In this document: in pieces, positions 8,305 to 16,319 of the stretch | Layout of the letters: the number at the start of each line of letters is the position of its first letter | Numbering within the stretch: the stretch's first letter is position 1 | Virus record (IMG/VR): IMGVR_UViG_3300042010_000106 | Coordinates: 248,001-312,000 of that record | Reading direction: 5' to 3' (one strand) | Length of the DNA stretch: 64,000 nt | The notes under the pieces: model-generated | What the model saw: only the letters and a program-made list of their open reading frames with translations | Told to the model about the DNA's origin: nothing | Databases searched by the model: none | Program-made: the position numbers and the translations under genes

Positions 8305-9383
8305 CGCAGTTTATATCCTTTGGAAATGTTGCGGAGAGGTTCGGTTGGTTGCAGAACACGTGTCGAGCAAACCCATTCAAGGCGGCGCTGGTCAGCAGTG
8401 ATTTTCCGTTCAACGTCACGTACTTTCATGTACAGGCCGCGATCTGGAATGCAGATGATATCCCCTTCGTTAACGGCGCTCACTTCTGGCCCCAAAACAA
8501 TTGGAATATCACTCATTGTCATAAGCCGATCGTAATCGAGTGTGGTGTTTTCCCCACCGATATTGCACAGCAGTTTTTGGATACCCATATCGAATTCAAC
8601 AGAGACGTGGGTGAACCGCGAACTGATTACTTTGACACGAATTGTTTTACCAGCATGACGGCGCAGGTCGGCAATCAGAATTGGCACGCCATCCATACGC
8701 AGCAGGCGCTCTTTCAACAATTGCAAATCGTTGCGAATGCTGTACGTGGCCGATGCAAAGAATTTCGGCACCAGAATATCGAACGCAACAAAACCTTGCG
8801 GATGTTCTTTATCCATTGAGTGCGGCGCACTGGTCGAATCAATGTGATAGCCATCAATTTGCGCAATGTTCAAATGCGTGAACAACCGGCGCTGCTGACC
8901 GTACATTGTGTAACCCGGTTGGCGCAGAGTGCGATAGCAGATACCACAATTCACAGAACCAGTTGCAACGCTGTCTTCGAATTCTTCCGCTTCCAGCACA
9001 CCGAGAACGCCAGTGTTATCGCGTCCACCAGAAACGTCGAGGATTACATCGTCGTTCATGATTTTTTCGGCCATATCCAGACCAAAAATATCGTCGTCCT
9101 GCATATCCATTTCAATATCGTCAATGAAACGATCTTTCTGCGGAATGACCGGCGCCATGTTTGAGTTTTCACCGCGTGGGATATTCGTTTGGAAACACGA
9201 ACACGGACGGCCAACCAAACGGTTAACCTGATACAGCGTTACTTCGACGGCATCAACCGCCAAACTATTTTGAACCTGATTGTTAAAAGCCTCAACCGTT
9301 TCCGTTAGGCGCGCTTGAGCTTGCTTGGGGATTACGTTGCGGGCGTGACGACGTGCATGTTTAGCTAGGCCCTTCTTGATCAT
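8301..9383 (-). CDS. Probable virion structural protein (CxC / CxxC motifs, beta-rich C-terminal domain)
   Basis: 360 aa, AAGGAGG SD, upstream GTAATTTA box, carries DVILDVSGG and VATGS motifs; the function is inferred. Confidence 0.55.
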   Translation of the reverse strand: MIKKGLAKHARRHARNVIPKQAQARLTETVEAFNNQVQNSLAVDAVEVTLYQVNRLVGRPCSCFQTNIPRGENSNMAPVIPQKDRFIDDIEMDMQDDDIFGLDMAEKIMNDDVILDVSGGRDNTGVLGVLEAEEFEDSVATGSVNCGICYRTLRQPGYTMYGQQRRLFTHLNIAQIDGYHIDSTSAPHSMDKEHPQGFVAFDILVPKFFASATYSIRNDLQLLKERLLRMDGVPILIADLRRHAGKTIRVKVISSRFTHVSVEFDMGIQKLLCNIGGENTTLDYDRLMTMSDIPIVLGPEVSAVNEGDIICIPDRGLYMKVRDVERKITADQRRLEWVCSTRVLQPTEPLRNISKGYKLR

Positions 9384-9468
9384 TGGTTGGCCCTCCTTTA
9401 CGTTAAATTACGCCGCGAAAAACGAAAGTGTGGATAGTAATTCAGTGGTATGACAAGGAGATTCGCCA

Positions 9469-10116
9469 ATGGCCCGCAAGAAGAGCAAGAAGAAAGAAAA
9501 GCCCCAAGCGCCTATACTGGAATTCAAACGCAAGACGTTGAAACGCACGCATAAAGATTCGATCTATGTTACCGGCCAAGACATGGGCACAGCGAACTAT
9601 GCTGTAACCCAAATCGAAGCATGGTTACGCGACGGCAAACTGCGTTTCCGAATCGTTGGCACCAAAATGATGGTGAACATGATTCACGACGTAAAGGTCG
9701 CGCAGAATGAATGCGCATTGTTTGTAAAAGAATACAGCGCTTTGCCTCCTGCTGACCATATCGCAGCCGAGCGCTACCAATCGCGGCCCGGTGGCAGCAC
9801 TGGTTCCACCGTTGAAGCCATTTCCATGATGCTTGGCGTTATGTGTATGGTTTGCCCTGATACACCAATCGAATTCTACACAGCGGCCACGTGGAAGAAC
9901 GCATTCAACCGTACCGCCGCTGATTTGAAAGAAATGTATGAGGACTTAAAGGTCAAATACAAAGGCACCGGAATCGTCATTCACCAATTGGATAGTTTCT
10001 TTATCGCGTTGTATCACGCCGCTAAAATATTGGGCGTGCAACCATTTGATTTCATTCAATCAATGGCCGATGAAGAGCGTTTGTTTTTGGTTCTGCAAGA
10101 TGCACCGTCCCTATAA
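9469..10116 (+). CDS. RuvC-like (RNase H fold) Holliday junction resolvase
   Basis: VTGQDMGTANYA (catalytic D in strand 1), AAERYQ (E), HQLDSFFIA (C-terminal D); Lys-rich N-terminus. Confidence 0.75.
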   Translation: MARKKSKKKEKPQAPILEFKRKTLKRTHKDSIYVTGQDMGTANYAVTQIEAWLRDGKLRFRIVGTKMMVNMIHDVKVAQNECALFVKEYSALPPADHIAAERYQSRPGGSTGSTVEAISMMLGVMCMVCPDTPIEFYTAATWKNAFNRTAADLKEMYEDLKVKYKGTGIVIHQLDSFFIALYHAAKILGVQPFDFIQSMADEERLFLVLQDAPSL

Positions 10117-10168
10117 AAAATGTAAATAAACCGGGTATTTGACAGTTTCGAAAACCCGGAGAATCACC

Positions 10169-10612
10169 ATGGACAAGCATAGCAACGACGGTATCATTTC
10201 CGCCTCTGTTGGGCCACGAAATCACCCGCATCGTTTGAGCCGCGCAGCCGTTTCGCTGAACGGATCTTTCTCGCAATACATCGCAAATGAAATCCTTTAC
10301 GCTGCATTCGATTTGGATGCACGCGCAATGGATGAAAAGCAGAACCCATATCTGCTGACGATTGGTTTCCTTGAAACGGCGGTGAACATTGCCGAAGTAA
10401 ATGCAATGGCCCAGCGCGATTACGTGCCGGAACACATTACGTTCACCACGCGCAATCAGGAAAACCGAATCGTTTCTATTCGGACGTTCACCAATCTGAA
10501 GTTCCGGTCGTCTGCTGTCGGTTATGCCGTGCATGCAAAAGACGAACGCCCGGTTCACAAGATTGTTTACACCGCCACGCTGTCTGATGCTCAATACTTT
10601 ACATCGGAATGA
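10169..10612 (+). CDS. Hypothetical protein (beta-rich, weakly tail-tube-like)
   Basis: Start MDKHSND at 10169 with GGAG SD; the fold guess is weak. Confidence 0.6.
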   Translation: MDKHSNDGIISASVGPRNHPHRLSRAAVSLNGSFSQYIANEILYAAFDLDARAMDEKQNPYLLTIGFLETAVNIAEVNAMAQRDYVPEHITFTTRNQENRIVSIRTFTNLKFRSSAVGYAVHAKDERPVHKIVYTATLSDAQYFTSE

Positions 10613-11091
10613 ATTGCAAACAGTGTCCGTTGTACGACGGGTATAAATTCAAGACAAAATGTCGAATAGATACCTGCAAGTATTACACAGAGAGAACCAA
10701 GAACCATTGCATGGGACTTGATACGGTTTTCTCTGCGACGGAAAAAGGTGTTACTGACGCTGAGTTACGGTTTTTGAAAATACCGGAACAAACCAAGCGA
10801 GAAGCATTTGTCCTGCGCCGCGATGCACAGGAAAAAGTTCAGGCAATTTTGGCGTTGCACCAAGCCGCCTTGATTTGCCGGGAAGAAATGGACTCTGATG
10901 TTTTCCCTTTGGAGACGCCAGTGACCACAAAGATTATGAAACATCCACTCTTTCACGATCCAGATATTGGATTAGAAGTTTGGATGCTCACGTATCTGCT
11001 AGACGCGAAATTCATGAAACGTGTCGGCAACCCGAAGATCCACATCCTGTTCAATGTTTCTGAAAAAGAGCTAGAACAACATCACTCGTAA
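10609..11091 (+). CDS. Hypothetical protein with N-terminal Cys-rich metal-binding segment
   Basis: CKQC...CRIDTC...HC in the first 35 aa. Confidence 0.75.
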   Translation: MNCKQCPLYDGYKFKTKCRIDTCKYYTERTKNHCMGLDTVFSATEKGVTDAELRFLKIPEQTKREAFVLRRDAQEKVQAILALHQAALICREEMDSDVFPLETPVTTKIMKHPLFHDPDIGLEVWMLTYLLDAKFMKRVGNPKIHILFNVSEKELEQHHS

Positions 11092-11109
11092 ACACCCCGG
11101 AGAAACACA

Positions 11110-11787
11110 ATGCAAACCAACGCTCGCACCGCAAAACCAGTTCCAGCCCGTACCGCAGGCCGTAGCAGCGCAGAAATGCGCAAGCTGACCGTTGCCCAAG
11201 CACTGGCCGACAAAGACGATATCCATTTGTTCGTAATGAACATTCAAAAGCCTGATGGCAACATCAACCTGACCGTGAAAGGCGACGACGGCACCAACCA
11301 ATCGGTTGTGATTCCGAAAACTTTCATTCCGTTGGACATGGGCCTGTTCATCAACCGCGATAACATGCTGAATAACCAGATTTTCCGTCGTCTGGTTGCT
11401 CGCGGTGATGCTGTTGTAATCGTGAACACCGAAGACGCAATCAACGCCATCGAAAACAACCCTTCGGCGAAAAAAGAACTGAAGCGTATTCTGTCGGAAA
11501 ACAACACTTACCAAGTGGCCGAAGAAGACGACGGTTTCATCACCATGAAAGCTTCCGGTAGCGCCCCGGTTTCCCCGGACAAGCAAGAAGTAATCCCGGA
11601 TCTTTCCCCGTTCGCAATGGGCATCGTGCAACAAGCTGGCGAACCGAACGCCGACATGGCTGACCTGATGCTGGACATCGAAGGCCGTCTGCCGGATCTT
11701 TCCATGAATGATCTGGAATTCATCTGCGCCAGCGTAGAAGACGCCAGCCTGAAGCAGTGGATCGTTGATCAAATCACCAAGCGTTAA
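11110..11787 (+). CDS. Hypothetical protein, probably abundant/virion
   Basis: 225 aa, GGAG SD, strongly biased codon usage (open antisense frame), followed by a terminator. Confidence 0.8.
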   Translation: MQTNARTAKPVPARTAGRSSAEMRKLTVAQALADKDDIHLFVMNIQKPDGNINLTVKGDDGTNQSVVIPKTFIPLDMGLFINRDNMLNNQIFRRLVARGDAVVIVNTEDAINAIENNPSAKKELKRILSENNTYQVAEEDDGFITMKASGSAPVSPDKQEVIPDLSPFAMGIVQQAGEPNADMADLMLDIEGRLPDLSMNDLEFICASVEDASLKQWIVDQITKR

Positions 11788-11794
11788 TTGAAGC

Positions 11795-11839
11795 AAAAAA
11801 AAAAGGCCGCAATCCCGAAAAGGAAAGCGGCCTTTTTTT
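11795..11839. terminator. Bidirectional intrinsic terminator between convergent genes
   Basis: A10-GGCCGC...GCGGCC-T7. Confidence 0.85.
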
Positions 11840-11849
11840 CGTCTGTACT

Positions 11850-12140
11850 TTACATTGCTTCGATCAATGCAAGCATTTTTTCCATTGCTTCCTCGATACT
11901 TTCTTCTTCCTTGAGTAGAGTCAGCATTTCTTTTTTGCGTTTGTATTCTTCGCCGAGCGACAGCATTAGACTGAACGCCATCGACTGTGAGCATTTGTCC
12001 GGGATACCGTAGTGCAGATATTCAGGACGAATACCAATCTCCCCAAACGCCCACAAAGCAGCGTCAACATCTTTCATTTTATCGAAAACTTTATTGAGCG
12101 ATGCGATCATCGGGCCTGTTGCAAGTTCGGTGCTACTCAT
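11850..12140 (-). CDS. Hypothetical protein
   Basis: 96 aa ORF coupled to primase. Confidence 0.75.
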   Translation of the reverse strand: MSSTELATGPMIASLNKVFDKMKDVDAALWAFGEIGIRPEYLHYGIPDKCSQSMAFSLMLSLGEEYKRKKEMLTLLKEEESIEEAMEKMLALIEAM

Positions 12141-13147
12141 GCTGATTTCTTCCTTTTGACAAATTTCTTTTCAGGGGTTTTTTCATAGACAATGGCTTTC
12201 ACCTTGTCGATGATTTTCTGACTGGCGCTGTCCGGGTCAAGCTTGATCAGTTCGCCGTCTTCGTCTTTCTTACGCGGTAATTCCAATTCTTCAAATTCAA
12301 TCTTGCCGTCACACACGCTGTGAATAAGCTTCACCATTTCGCGGCCAGCTTTATCGTTATCCGCTAGTGTATAAATCTTTCGTATGCCCAACGAAATCAG
12401 CAACATCAATTTCGTTTCTGCAAACATTTTCGAACCGAGGATTGCGCAGCACGGGATTTCATTCTGTGCCATGCGTAACCAGTCACGCGGGCCTTCCACC
12501 AGAACGATACTATCGCAACCCCACAGGTTGTTATCCCGCATGTAATCGTAACCAAGCAGGCCGTAATTCATTACCCAATCGCCGCTGATGTTCAAATACG
12601 ATGGGCCTTCTTTTGGTTTTTCCCAAAAGGCTTTCACTCCACCACGGAACCGCCCATTAATGTAAATAGGTAGTACCAACATCAATTCATCGCGCTTGTC
12701 TTCGTTGAACATGTAGCCTTGCACAGCGGAAAGCAAACTGCCTTTGTAACCGCGCCATGCTTTTTTCTTCGGCCACGGCAGAACAGCACCGCCCACCTCT
12801 TCGAACAAACGATCCAACGAATAGTTATTTGTGTTTTCGAAATCCTTACGGTACTTGCTGACACGCTGATAGGCGCCCGCCGTTGTACCGTTGAAAAACT
12901 GCCAATCTTTTACTTGGCGCAATCCCAATTTTGCAGCGAGTTTGTTCCAGCCGCCCCGCGCTTCACATGCCCAGCAGGAAAACGTACCGATACGAACTTT
13001 TGCTTCGTGTGACATGTTAATCGAACACGATGGTTTCGAATCTTCGTGGAACGGGCAAACGATTTCAATGTTCGTTGCGGTTCGCTTTTTGTAGCCTTCA
13101 ATCTTGTCTATTTCTTCGTTAATAATAGTGAACGCATCTTCCATCAT
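12137..13147 (-). CDS. DnaG-like DNA primase (Zn finger + TOPRIM)
   Basis: CPFHEDSKPS...FSCWAC zinc finger; IVLVEGPRDW and LADNDKAG TOPRIM motifs. Confidence 0.9.
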   Translation of the reverse strand: MMEDAFTIINEEIDKIEGYKKRTATNIEIVCPFHEDSKPSCSINMSHEAKVRIGTFSCWACEARGGWNKLAAKLGLRQVKDWQFFNGTTAGAYQRVSKYRKDFENTNNYSLDRLFEEVGGAVLPWPKKKAWRGYKGSLLSAVQGYMFNEDKRDELMLVLPIYINGRFRGGVKAFWEKPKEGPSYLNISGDWVMNYGLLGYDYMRDNNLWGCDSIVLVEGPRDWLRMAQNEIPCCAILGSKMFAETKLMLLISLGIRKIYTLADNDKAGREMVKLIHSVCDGKIEFEELELPRKKDEDGELIKLDPDSASQKIIDKVKAIVYEKTPEKKFVKRKKSA

Positions 13148-13186
13148 AACAAATGCCTCAAAAATACCAATTTACCTATAAGACGT

Positions 13187-13196
13187 ATTTACAGTT
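13187..13196 (-). promoter_or_regulatory. AACTGTAAAT candidate promoter for primase
   Basis: AACTGTAAATACGTCTTATAG, closely matching 53130 (AACTGTAAATACGTTGTATAG). Confidence 0.65.
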
Positions 13197-13210
13197 AAGG
13201 GAAGACCCAC

Positions 13211-14335
13211 ATGTTTAAGGATTTAGCGCGGGGTATTAAAGCTAACCGCCGCTTCACACACGTGGAATCCCACATGGGCCGCGTATACGCAGATGTAATG
13301 GAGAAACGAATTCTAACACCGAACGGTCGCGGCCCTGAATACCGCCCTTCGTCGTTTCCCATTTGCCCTGTTCAAGTTCACATGCAATTCATTCAAGCTG
13401 CTGAGTTAGGTTTCTATCAAAGCAATATGCACGCGGGCGGTGGCTACTTCACAACCGTAGGAACAGCAGCGCACGAAAACATTCAATACTACATGGGCGA
13501 AACTGGAAAGGTTTACGGCCATTGGAAATGTCGCAATCCGAAATGCCAGAAGCATCACGACGCCCGCGACCTGTACGATGAAAAGGGTAAGCTGTATCGC
13601 CCCGGTAAAAACACTCGCGAAAACACAACGAAGAACACGTGCCCGAAATGCAAGGTTGCTTGCGAGTACGTAGAAATCTGCATCAACTACAACGGTTTGA
13701 AAGGTCACGTCGATTGCATTTATGAAATGCCCGATGGAACCTATTGGGTACTCGACTACAAAACGAGTACGAAAGGCGCAATCAAAATGTCGCCTTCCAA
13801 GCTGCCAAAGCGCGAACACTTAATGCAGGTTCCAACATACTGCTACGTTCTGGAAAAGAAAAACGGTTTGAAAATTTCTGGTTTCTCTCTGCTGTACCTG
13901 AGCCGGGACAACCCGTTTGAATATCGTGAGATTGCACGTGACTGGAACAAACGCTGGCGCGCAGAAATCAAAGAGCTGATTTCCGACCAGAAAAAGAAAT
14001 ACCGTGCTGCTGTGAATTCGTTCATTCAGAACAAGCCTGAAATTTCGATGAAGTGTAAGCCTTGCCAACGCAAAGGCGATTACGAAAAAATGATGCCCGC
14101 TTATGAACCGTGCCCGATGGAAGAGGTATGCTTCAGCAAGAATGATTTGCGGGACAACATGTTGCACGCGCTGAAGCCAGAACAATTGCTGCATCTGGTA
14201 GACATCACGAACAACATGGAAAACTACATCGAAGACGAACACATGCCTGTTGTCAAAAAGGCAAAGCGCATTGAGAAACCTAAGTCGAAAGTGAAAAAGA
14301 AATCCACCAAAATTCTGAGGCTGACAAAGCAATGA
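13211..14335 (+). CDS. Cas4-like PD-(D/E)XK exonuclease
   Basis: GHVDC...VLDYKT...QVPTY nuclease motifs; N-terminal CP plus C-terminal CKPC...CPMEEVC (Fe-S-type Cys arrangement); inserted Cys-rich segment. Confidence 0.8.
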   Translation: MFKDLARGIKANRRFTHVESHMGRVYADVMEKRILTPNGRGPEYRPSSFPICPVQVHMQFIQAAELGFYQSNMHAGGGYFTTVGTAAHENIQYYMGETGKVYGHWKCRNPKCQKHHDARDLYDEKGKLYRPGKNTRENTTKNTCPKCKVACEYVEICINYNGLKGHVDCIYEMPDGTYWVLDYKTSTKGAIKMSPSKLPKREHLMQVPTYCYVLEKKNGLKISGFSLLYLSRDNPFEYREIARDWNKRWRAEIKELISDQKKKYRAAVNSFIQNKPEISMKCKPCQRKGDYEKMMPAYEPCPMEEVCFSKNDLRDNMLHALKPEQLLHLVDITNNMENYIEDEHMPVVKKAKRIEKPKSKVKKKSTKILRLTKQ

Positions 14336-15054
14336 AAATTCGAATCAATCTAAAGGAAACGTCCACTGCCGGTAGCGTGTACAGCGCGCCGTCTATGGAA
14401 GCCCAAGAACAGCAATTGCCTAGCGACGACGAACTGGCAATCCGCGACAAGGAAGAAGCCGACCGCCAAGAACAGCAAGCGGAAAAGGAACGCAAAGACG
14501 CTGCCAAGAAAGCAGAAGAAAAAGCGAAGAAACTTCCGCCTGCTGATAAAGCACCCGGTGAAAAACCTGCTGCTGAAAAAGATAAAGCAGACGACGAAGA
14601 AGAAGACGAAGAGTCGGACGACGAAGACGATTTGGATGAAGACTTGGACGATTCCGAAGACGATGAATCCGAGGATGACGAAGAAGAATCAGACGATGAT
14701 GAATCCGAAGACGAAGAGGACGAAGAGGCAACCGCATCTAACGCAATCGCTCGCGTCCGTCCGTATCCAGATTCTTATGTCGAATCCATTCCCGATGCAA
14801 TCTTGCCGGAAACACCACGTGAATTAACGCCTGAAGAAATCGCCGAGAAAGCAGAAAAGGAAAACGAAAAACCACAAGGCGATAACCCTGACGTAATCCT
14901 CCCCGACAAGCCGAAAGGCAATGATGTCGGTGCACCGAAAGGCGAAAACGTTGCTGGTGATACGTCTGGAAAAGATGGCGACAAAACCGCAACGCAAGAA
15001 ATTGCAACCGGCTCCGCACGCCAACGCCCTTATCCTGATTGTTGGGATAACTAA
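14332..15054 (+). CDS. Highly acidic low-complexity protein with two AT[AG]S...RxRPYPD repeats
   Basis: Long D/E run; ATASNAIARVRPYPDSY and ATGSARQRPYPDCW. Confidence 0.8.
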   Translation: MKIRINLKETSTAGSVYSAPSMEAQEQQLPSDDELAIRDKEEADRQEQQAEKERKDAAKKAEEKAKKLPPADKAPGEKPAAEKDKADDEEEDEESDDEDDLDEDLDDSEDDESEDDEEESDDDESEDEEDEEATASNAIARVRPYPDSYVESIPDAILPETPRELTPEEIAEKAEKENEKPQGDNPDVILPDKPKGNDVGAPKGENVAGDTSGKDGDKTATQEIATGSARQRPYPDCWDN

Positions 15055-15061
15055 AACAAAG

Positions 15062-15094
15062 ACCCTCGTTAGCTAACGCTACCGGGGGTTTTTT
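15062..15094 (+). terminator. Intrinsic terminator related to the 1454 / 42670 hairpins
   Basis: ACCCTCG-TTAGCTAACGCTAC-CGGGGGT-TTTTT. Confidence 0.8.
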
Positions 15095-15109
15095 CGTATG
15101 GCGTCCTAA

Positions 15110-15119
15110 AACTGTAAAC
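15110..15119 (+). promoter_or_regulatory. AACTGTAAAC candidate promoter for the clamp-loader operon
   Basis: Follows a terminator; 24 nt before ATG 15143 with GGAGG SD. Confidence 0.6.
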
Positions 15120-15142
15120 TACACACAGACATAGGAGGGCAT

Positions 15143-16318
15143 ATGGCCGACAAATCTGGTAAGAAAAAGACGTTTAAATCGGATACCGAGGCAAACGTTA
15201 AAGCTGCAAAGAAACCAAAGAAAGCCGAAGTGAAGGCAATTGGTTCATCGGAAAACCTGACAACAACGTATCGCCCTAGAACGCTGAAAGACGTTTACGG
15301 ACAAAAGCAATCCGTTGCCTCGTTGTTGGGTACGTTCAAGCGCGGCAAGATTCCAAGCACAATGCTGTTTAGCGGCCATTACGGTTGCGGCAAAACCAGC
15401 ATGGCAATGATCTATGCGCGAATGGCAAACTGCGCAACGCATGACCTTTGCGGCAAATGCTTTTCGTGTAAGTTCGAACGGCACCCGGACATCATCTATC
15501 ACGACTGCGGAACGGACGGAAAGATCGACGATATACGTTCGCTGATTTCCAAATCCAAAGCAAGCCCGGTAACGCAGAAACGCTTTATCATTGTGGACGA
15601 AGTTCACCTGCTGCGCGATCAACCGGAAAAAGCTTTGCTGGTTGAATCGGAAAACCCTTCGCCAAATACGGTATGGGTATTCTGCACAACCAACGTTGAA
15701 AAACTCGCGAAGACTCTCGTTAGTCGTTGCCTGCATTTGTATGTGAAAGCAATCGAACCAGAAGTTTTGGTAGAGCGCATGATTGAAGTGGCCGAGCTGG
15801 AAGGCGTCAAGGTCAAGAAGACAATCAAGAAAGCGTTTCTCACAATCGCGCAATCGTCGAATGGTTCCATGCGTGAAGCGTTGGCAAAGCTCGACAGTTT
15901 CCTAAACGTTGTGGCGTCCGGCGACGAATACGATCCTGAAGTTCTCAGTTCGTTTATGAGTGACGAAGACGGTAGCGTTGACGAAGTAGCGGCGCACGTG
16001 GTCGCGGGCATTCTCGACCTGAATATAAAATACACGATCACCGCAATTCGTAAGAGCGGCGGTAATCCTCGCGCAATCATGAGCCGTGCACGCTGGCTGC
16101 TGGATTTCCTAATCGGGAAAGAAACCGGTACAGCGAAATGGGGCGGCGCAGCATACAAAGCATTCGAAGGTATCGGCATTAAGAAAATCAACTTCACTAT
16201 GTTGGTTCTCACACAGCACATGCTGGCCGAACTTGAAATCAAACTCAATAGTGTTTCGTTGGACGAAGCGGTTGTGTTTTATTCGTCTATAGGATCATTC
16301 ATCGCAGAGCATAAGTAA
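15143..16318 (+). CDS. Clamp loader AAA+ subunit, DnaX (gamma/tau)-like
   Basis: YRPRTLKDVYGQ, Walker A GHYGCGKT, Zn motif CGKCFSC, Walker B IIVDEVH, SRC motif. Confidence 0.92.
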   Translation: MADKSGKKKTFKSDTEANVKAAKKPKKAEVKAIGSSENLTTTYRPRTLKDVYGQKQSVASLLGTFKRGKIPSTMLFSGHYGCGKTSMAMIYARMANCATHDLCGKCFSCKFERHPDIIYHDCGTDGKIDDIRSLISKSKASPVTQKRFIIVDEVHLLRDQPEKALLVESENPSPNTVWVFCTTNVEKLAKTLVSRCLHLYVKAIEPEVLVERMIEVAELEGVKVKKTIKKAFLTIAQSSNGSMREALAKLDSFLNVVASGDEYDPEVLSSFMSDEDGSVDEVAAHVVAGILDLNIKYTITAIRKSGGNPRAIMSRARWLLDFLIGKETGTAKWGGAAYKAFEGIGIKKINFTMLVLTQHMLAELEIKLNSVSLDEAVVFYSSIGSFIAEHK

Positions 16319-16319
16319 A

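Noticed and set aside
10139-10144. Perfect sigma70 -35 hexamer TTGACA
   Set aside because: No acceptable -10 hexamer 16-18 nt downstream; it lies in a hairpin loop.
13211-14335. CRISPR-Cas system suggested by the Cas4-like gene
   Set aside because: No repeat-spacer array or other cas gene was found by eye in the window.
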